From positions 6,262,001-6,326,000 of the forward strand of contig CM035355.1 in the NCBI GenBank assembly GCA_020137815.1: a stretch of 64,000 bases of DNA, written 5' to 3'. The translations under genes and the position numbers were made by a program. Shown piece after piece: positions 11,301 to 20,300 of the stretch (positions are counted from its first letter, which is position 1; each line of letters starts with the position of its first letter). This DNA comes from Hormiphora californensis. Its lineage: Eukaryota; Animalia; Ctenophora. Under the pieces are notes generated by a model that did not search any database, was not told where the DNA came from, and worked only from the letters and a program-made list of their open reading frames with translations.

Positions 11301-14300
11301 GTCCCTCTCAGCCTAACTAATCGTGGCAGTTTGACCTCAAACCCAGGAAGTGTGAAGAATACTGTACCCTCAGGAGATGAGAGGAAGAACTCCTTCTCCG
11401 GAGTTCCTGAGTTCCCTGAACGGATTGTTCATTTATCTGTTCACAAGTCTCTCTCTGGACCGCCCGGTATTACACAAGGAGTTGATGATTCACGCACTCC
11501 AGACACCCCGTCACAGAGGGCAGCCTCTGCTACCAATGTGTCCCCCGAAAAAGAGGGAGACAGTTTACCAGTAGGTGAGAGTCCACCAAAGCAAGGGAAA
11601 CAGCACCGGAAGATCCTCTCCGAGGGACGACAGATAGATGTCACATTTTTGAAGGAGTTTATTGGCTCCCGTCCACCGACCCCTCCACTTCCCTTTGCGG
11701 CCACTCACGGGACCTTGAGACCCCGAGTTCGCTCCGCTATTCACGCATCTGAACAGAAATCTCCCCTGGAGGACAACAAGACGCCCTCCGCGGATGACAT
11801 CACTCAGACCACCACCACTCCCAGTAGGAAGCTGTCTTGGTTCAGATTGAGTCCCAAACGGAAACGGAAGAATAAGAAAGAGGGGGAAGACCAGACTGAG
11901 TCAGTAACAGTGAAGGTTGACCCACCTAAAGAGATTGATGATATCGTGACACCGACTAACACCACGGTGATACCTATTGTACCTGTTACCGTCACCCCTC
12001 CAACACCTCTCGTGCCATCTTCTGCCCAACCCGCTCCACTACCCAACCTAACCATCCCTGCCACACCTTGTTTTGGTGTCCAGCCGGTTATTAGTACCTT
12101 TGTTACCCCAGCAACGACACCATTCCACCACCCTACACCCCCTGGTGGTGGACCAAAAGTTGATCCCCTGGAAGGGAGGAGAGACAGTCTCTCCGGGATA
12201 TCAGATGATCAACAGCGACCAAGCAGCCAACAGTCCGCTGACATCGAGTCTTATCTCGACTCGGAGTTGGATAGGTTGAAGGAAACAAAGCCCGAGCCCA
12301 AGAAAAAGATGAAGAAGAAGAAAAAAGGAGGTCAGAAATCAAGCGTTCCAACTAATTCGTCTATGGGTAACTTCACATTTCTTCTCGATGAGGCTCCTCC
12401 TGTACTTCCAAGTTCCGTTCAGCCGGTGGAAACTAAAATCCAACCCAATTCCATACAGCCGGTGGAGAGCAAAATCCAGCCCTGACTCTGTGCAACCAGT
12501 GGACAGCAAACCTAACTCCTCCCTTTCTGACACAGTTCCTGTTAGATCGTTCAGCTTCCGGAGGGATCCAGGACACATCCAAACTCACAGTTGGTAACTA
12601 CCTGGACCAGGCTCTTGATAAGTTGAAGTCTCGTTCCAATTCATCAGATGATGGAAGTGGACGACCGAAAGGTCCTCCTCAGATCCTGGAGGTTGTCGAT
12701 CTGAAGGACGGTTTTGAGAGTAAGAACGCGCCTGGGTTTAATCCTAGTTTTGAAAAGTCCAAAGGTTGGTCGTCTCACTCCTCTGATGGTATTCACAAAA
12801 AAGGGAAATCTGTTGCAGCTGGTAAGGTAGAAACTGATGCACCGGAACCGTTCAAGGCTAGACCGGCACCATCATTTGACCCATCGTTCGAGAGGTCTAA
12901 AGAGGAGGAATCCTTCAAGTCTGTGATTTCACCCAAAAGTGTCAACAAATCTCCCTCCTTCGTTCCTATCGAACGTCCACCAAAACCACCACGAGCACCC
13001 CGTGTCAGATCAGTCTCAGACAGTGAGCTCAGTAGTCATGGCTCCGATGAGGACTTTAAAAATCGCTACCGGAAACTCTTCCAAAGATCCTGTAGAAGGA
13101 GATCTCGTTCAGAAACCCGGAGTAGACCATCATCCTTCCACGAGGACATGAGTGTCCTAAACGCATCCGAGTTGGATATGTTGATGACCCCCAAGAGGAA
13201 CATCCAAGTGTTCAGGCTGGCCGATGGAAGGGAGATAAAGTATAATATGGACACAAGGCAGGAGGTAGTGACATCTAACCCTCACCAAGTTGAGGACAAT
13301 GAGTTTGGTGAGGTTGATACCTCTACCTCCCTTCGAGCGGTGCTAGACCAGCTGGATAGCTGTAAGATGGTGTTCGATGACCTTGCTCTGCATCTCGCTG
13401 ACAGTAACAAGGCAGGCAGCAAGCGGAGAACAAACTCTCTCCCAGGGGATAGCTCTGTTGGAGTGTCAGGAATGCGGACACCATCTGCTGAAGCTTGGAA
13501 CAATGCCGTGGACCTCAAAGAGCTGACTGAGATGATTCACAAACTCGCATCCCAGACACGAGACCCGAAGGAGGGTGGAACTGAGTCCATGGAGGACATC
13601 CTTGATCAGATTGTGTCTGGTAGAGAGACATCAATATCTGGTGCTGAGAGTTTCAAATCGCTTGAGGAAAGCACCGCCCCGGTTACCAACTCAGTTGTCT
13701 CACCTCGAACTGCGTTCTTGTCCCTGGTTGACAGTGAGCTTGGTAAATGCAGACAGCAGCCTGGAGCAGCCCAACCACCCCCAGCGGTGTCTGCAGTACC
13801 CGACACAACCGTTCTGCATAATCCTGCTCCTCCGCAAATCGTGGTTCGAGAGCCGTCTCCTATCCGCTCTACTCCAACCTCAAGTAAACCCAAGAAAGGT
13901 GGATTCTTGCCCGGGTTGAAAAGCAATAAATACTCGATCAGCGATGAGAAGATCCACAAATCCCGCCGAAACAGGACCCAAAGTGACTCACGGATGAGCT
14001 TGAAGAACCAGTTGAAATCGGTCAAGTACGCTGGGAGCACCGATCGGCTCAACAAGCACAACAAACAGAGTACCAGCTCTTACAACCATCAGGCCTACTT
14101 CCAGGGATCCCACCGGGTGAGAACAGTCAGTGATTCCCGGGTTTTGATGCATCGGAACCAACAACCGGAACTAACCATAACCTACCCCCATCACCAGCAG
14201 CAATACCAACCCCAACCCCAACAGAGGTACCTGAAGGTGGTGAATTTGGATAGTGATCCAGTACCCAACAAGGGGACATACGATGATCGGTCTCTACCTA

Positions 14301-17300
14301 AGCAGAAACTGAATGAAACATGGGGAGGAAGTGATAGACACACCACTCTTCCTAAGGGTCGTGGGAGGAATCTCAGTATCTCTCCACCAAAAGACCCCAC
14401 TCCATCTGACACAGATGTCAGTGAGTCTGTCCACCAGAAGAGAATCCGTTTCCATAGTGATACAAACACTGATACGATGAGAAGCAGAACTAGGAACACG
14501 AGTGATAATTCCTTCAAAGATATCCAATCCCTACCCGATATCCCTGGAAAGAGCGGTGGGAGACCCCGGAACAAGTCTGCTGCTAGCAATATCTCCATGA
14601 ATAGTCCTGCAAGTGATATCAGTGGGTTTTCCGATATTGATAGTCTCCCCGATGTGCCCAATCACCCCCTTCCAGGTGCATCCAATCTGGAGCGACCTAA
14701 CTTCCTGCCTATAGATCGGAACATCCTAACTGAGGATGAGTTGGAAGAGATTTACACCTCCATCCGTGTTGATTCCTCTCCCCCACCAAGTACCAACCCA
14801 GTAACATCCACCCCGAAACGTCCTAGTAAACTGTATATTCCCCTTGACTTTGGCCTCGGTTCAACCGAGACAGAAAGTGCCCCGGAAACTCCAAAACAGC
14901 TCACCAACAGTGACAAAGATCAGACCTTGTCTCGGCCTGAGAGCAGGAAGAGCAGACCCAGTTCAGATGACATTTATGTGTTGAGGGATGATCTGGGACC
15001 ACAATATGGCCGGGGTAATCCTTCATCGTCATCTTCTGACGGGCCTGCCCAAACCGTACATCAAGAAGATCTCACTACCATCGTGAAGCCTGCTGTCCCA
15101 CCCAGACCTCCACCTCCCGCCATAGTCATCAATGATGATGATGAAGATGATGACGTGTTTGTCAGTCGGACCGCCCTCGGACCTGACTATGGAGCGGAGA
15201 AAGGGGATGGATTTGGGGACGAGAGTTTGGGTGAGAGCATGTTTGATGAAACGATGGAAAACATTGCAATGTTGGGGGATCTAGAGCACAGGTTCATCCA
15301 ATTATCTACCTCCCGGGGTCTCGATATCGGAGGAGATGATGAAGAAGAGGAGGAGGGAGAGGTTGTCATGGATGCTCCTTCAGAAAACCAAATATCACCC
15401 GATAATTCACTTGGTGGTGGAGGTAACGGGTCCGTTCAAGACTCTCCGGATCGCTACAAAGCCTCAGAAAACATCGCCACAACTGATCCTACTCCCTACT
15501 ACAACCTCTCCTACGTCACAGATGTGTCATTCAACGATTCCGGTCGTGGCCATGGCGACGGAGAGAACAGGATGCGATCACGATCGGATGAAGAGCGGTT
15601 TAAATCTGATGATCATCACCATGGGCACCAGTTCTTTTCAACAGATCGAATCTACGTTCCAAGGGATGAAATCCACAGCCACTATGGCTCTAGTACCGTT
15701 GTCCCTGAACTCCCAACCCCGGAAAGCCAGACAGACTCCCACCACACCGAATTCGAGCAGAACTTCCTGACCATCTCCAACAGATTGGGAGGAAGCGATG
15801 AGTTCTTCCTGCCCTACTCCCTCTACCGAGAGAGTCAGGAGAGCGGACTGAACGCCGTTGAGCTAAAGGATGAGGGAATTGTGAATGAGATGATTGCTGA
15901 GATGGATCAGGATTACTCTGATGATGGAGCCCATGATGATGATCTTAATGATGGCAGGAGGAGGCAGTGGACTGGTGTTGAATCCGTCACAAGCTCCTGC
16001 ACATTCTACTCGGATGTAGAGAGTCATTACAGCACGGTGGATGAAGATTTTGCCTCGGCGTGTGAAGACGCAGCCACCAGTGAAGACGGAGAGGATGCTG
16101 TGTCTCAAGTAGGAAAGATAAGAAATGATTCCCTTTCATCCGATATCAGCCAGAGTGGGTTGTTTTCAGATGATCACAGTAGTCCAGTTGTTAGTCAGTT
16201 GTGTCTGGATCAGACCATAGTTGACCCTGCAGAACTTGATAGTGAACTATCAGAAGATCCTGCTGAATTTGAGACGAGGCAAGCTGAGTTCTCCGAGGAC
16301 AGTTGTAGTGCAGAACACGAGGAGAGGGATCGGAAAGGAAACTTTGAAAAAGATTCGTCAAAGGGAATTTATACAAAACTTGACGTCGAGGGTGTAAATG
16401 ACCAAGATCTAAAAAGTAACGACGATGCATCTGATGTTGAAGAGATCCTATCAGGGACACTGATAGTGGATGTGTCAGGTGACAGTTCTCACGATGCGGT
16501 AGAGGGTATGTCTGTCAGTAGTGGTAGTATCTCTGGATCACGTGATCTGACTGTCTTGTCAACTTGGAGTATTGCGTGTACACCACCACCTAGTGTTACT
16601 TGTTCCACTCAATCTCTACGCATGGAGGAACCAGAGGCAGAGCCACTACATACTATAGTTTCTGAGAAAGAAGATGATGTCGAGGAGTTTGAAGTTACTT
16701 CGCCAGAAGAAAACCTAATATCTGAAAGGGAAAATGTGCATTCTACCTCAGATAGACCTTTGTCCTCAGAGTTGTTCTCCTATTATGGTGGTTCGGTGGC
16801 ATCCCTTCTGATGGATGATCCCAGAACTGACGTGGACACCTATTACACCTCACCTGACGAGAAGGAGGATGTTGTTACCATGGTAACAGACATTGATCTA
16901 AAACTTACTCCTTCATCAAGATCACCAAGTACAGAGGAACTCGATACCCCGATCAATCATGTCAGTCTACCTTCTTCTGAAGACATCCCAGAAGACCTGA
17001 TGCCTCCTGAACATTCCAGCCCATCAAGTAGTGCTCCTTCAGAAACTTATCCATCGCTGGAAGTAGAGAGTGTCAGTAGTGAGTCGTGTGATCTGACCCT
17101 ATCCACCTGGAGTATTACCTGTACACCCCCACCCAGTGTCACCTGCTGCTCTACTCAATCTCTGGAAGCAGTCAGTCTAACAAACTCCCGGGAAATCTCT
17201 CCAACTTTACTGGAGGAAGATATTCCGAGTTGTGAAGGGGAGAATGACCAAGACTCTGATGAAAATGTTTCTGAAGTTGGTTTAGCATCTGATGCGGTAG

Positions 17301-20300
17301 AGGGTATGTCTGTCAGTAGTGGTAGTATCTCTGGATCACGTGATCTGACTGTCTTGTCAACTTGGAGTATTGCATGTACACCACCACCCAGTGTTACTTG
17401 TTCAACTCAGTCTTTACATTTGGAAGAACCACGTACCAGCGACAGATTGGGAGAGCCATCAGCTGCAATAGTTTCTGAAAAAGAGGATGATTTCGAGGAG
17501 TCTGATAGCCTGATATCTGATCTGGAAAGTGTAAATGCTCCCTCAAATTTGGCTGATAGACCTTTGTCCTCAGAGTTGTTCTCCTATTATGGTGGTTCGG
17601 TGGCGTCCCTTCTGATGGAGGATCCCAGAACTGACGTGGACACCTATTACACCTCACCTGACGAGAAGGAGGATGTTGTTACCATGGTAACAGACATTGA
17701 TCTAAAACTTACTCCTTCATCAAGATTACCAGAGGAACTTGATACCCCGATCAATCATGTCAGTCTACCTTCTCCTGAAGAAATCCCAGAAACTACTCCA
17801 TCAGAAGACCTGATGCCTCCTGAACATTCCAGCCCATCAAGTAGTGCTCCTTCAGAAAGTTATCCATTGCTGGAAGTAGAGAGTGTCAGCAGTGGGTCGT
17901 GTGACCTGACCCTATCCACCTGGAGTATTACCTGTACACCCCCACCCAGTGTCACCTGCTGTTCTACTCAATCTCTGGAATCAATCAGTCTAACCAACCC
18001 CCGGGAAATCTCTCCAACTTTACTGGAGCAAGATATTCCGAGTTTTGAAGGGGAGAATGACCAAGACTCTGATGAAAATGTTTCTGAAGTTGGTTTAGAA
18101 TCTGATGCGGTAGAGGGTATGTCTGTCAGTAGTGGTAGTATCTCTGGATCACGTGATCTGACTGTCTTGTCAACTTGGAGTATTGCTAGTACACCACCAC
18201 CCAGTGTAACTTGTTCCACTCAATCTCTACATTTGGAGGAACCACCTACCAAAAAAATGTTGGTGGAATCTGACAAAGATGTTTCTGAAGTTGGTTTAGA
18301 ATCTGACCGAGAGAACTTGGCTGATAGACATTTGTCCTCAGAGTTGTCCGAAGAAGAAGATGTTGCTCCTCTCACTGATTTCTCAGAGTTGTATGGTTCG
18401 GTGGCATCCCTTCTGATGGAGGATCCCAGAACTGACGTGGACACCTACTACACCTCACCTGACGAGAAGGAGGACCATGTTGTTACCATGGTAACAGACA
18501 TAGATCTAAAACTTACTCCTTCATCAAGATCATCATCACCGAGTTATAGCAACGTGTCAGATGATGTGGGAATCTCAGACCTCATTTCCCCATCTTTACC
18601 TGCTATGGAAATCACAGTGTCGACTTCTTCTTTATCTGAGACCTGCTCAGTATCGCCCAATGATTCAGTAGGTATCTCACAGAGTCCAGTTGATCGTGAT
18701 CCAGGCGAACTTTTAGAAGAGTCTACTTCTCTGAGTCCTGATACGCCTACTTCCCCGAGTCAGAGTCCCGATACGGCTACTTCTCCAAGTCAGAGTCCCA
18801 ATAGATCAACATCGCCGAGTCAAAGTCCTAATACCGCGACTTCTCCGAGTCAGAGTACTGAAACGTCGACTTCTCCAAGTCAGAGTCCCGATCTGGCAAC
18901 CTCTCTAAGTCAGAGTACTGAAACGGCAACTTCTACAAGTCAGAGTACTGGAACGTCGACTTCTCCTTCTGAAAGCTTGGTCTCTCCAAGCAATGGTTCG
19001 GACACGAGTTCTTCTGAAACTGAGGATACATCTCCAGCAACCGAGGAACCATCTTTGTCTGAAAGCGTTGTTGCCAGCTCCCCTGACATTGAGCAATCTG
19101 AAGATAATGAGGCAGAAGCTCTATCGATATCACTTTTGACTTCAATTATCGTGTCTAAAGTTGAAGTTCTTCAGTCTGAAGTCAAAGTTGTCGAGTCTGG
19201 AGATGAAGATCGCTCCTCACTGAAAGACGTTTCAGATCAACTGTCTTCTGACGATGAACCCCCTGTAGTAGTTCAGGATGCAGAGTTCTATTACACCACT
19301 GCTGATGATGATCTGGTGTCTGCCCAGGAAGATACTGCAGCTGAGGAAGATGACGAGAACTCTTTCAGTCAAGAAGCTAACACTCCTAATCCCTGCTTGG
19401 ATGATGCTGATATTTCTCCAAACCAAGATTTAGATTCCCCTGAATCGGCTGTGATAAAAGAGCTATCAGTAACCTGTCAATTTGGTATTGAAGAAGAAGA
19501 AGTTGGTATTGAAAGGACTGCCGAGGATGGCTCAGTCACTGAATCACATGAAGGAAACTCACCTGTAGACTCTCTAGAGGAACCTACTGTGTCATTATCC
19601 GTGAAAGCAGACTCCCCAAAAGGATCACTTTCACCTAGTGATGAATCATCTGAAGAGGTAGTTGTGCAACCCATCTTGGAGGTTTCTCCCCAAATTTCGT
19701 CTGACGATGAACCCCCTGCAGTTCATGATGCAGAGTTCTATTACACCACTGCTGATGATGATCTGGTTTCTGCCCAGGAAGACACCGCAGCTGAATCTCA
19801 ATTGGATGAATCTGAGAAGGAAAAAGCTGTGAATAATGAAATTTTCTCAAGCCAGAGACTAGAAATCGACTCTGAAGATGTTCAGCCTGAGCCTTCTTTG
19901 AACTTTGAAGCCAGGGAGACAGCTTTCACCTCTGAAGATTCTGAAGTGGAGGATAAAGTGGTAGGGAACGGAGAAGAAGAACCTGTTGGATCGGAGTGTA
20001 TTGCTGGGGAAAGCAGTGCTGCCACCACAGAGACTCAACAAGATGTCACTCCAGATGTCGAGGTATCTGACAACAGTCTAGAGGATGAGTTGAACTCGAT
20101 GGTGATTGAGGAGATACCTGGAGTTGAAACTAAGAGCTTTGCAGTACTGTTGAATGTTCCCGAAGTGGTCCCAGAACAACCTCGAAATATTTCTGCAGTT
20201 GATTTCCCGGTTTTGTCCTCAGAGTTGTGTGGTTCGGTGGCATCCCTTCTGATGGAGGATCCCAGAACTGACGTGGACACCTACTACACCTCACCTGACG

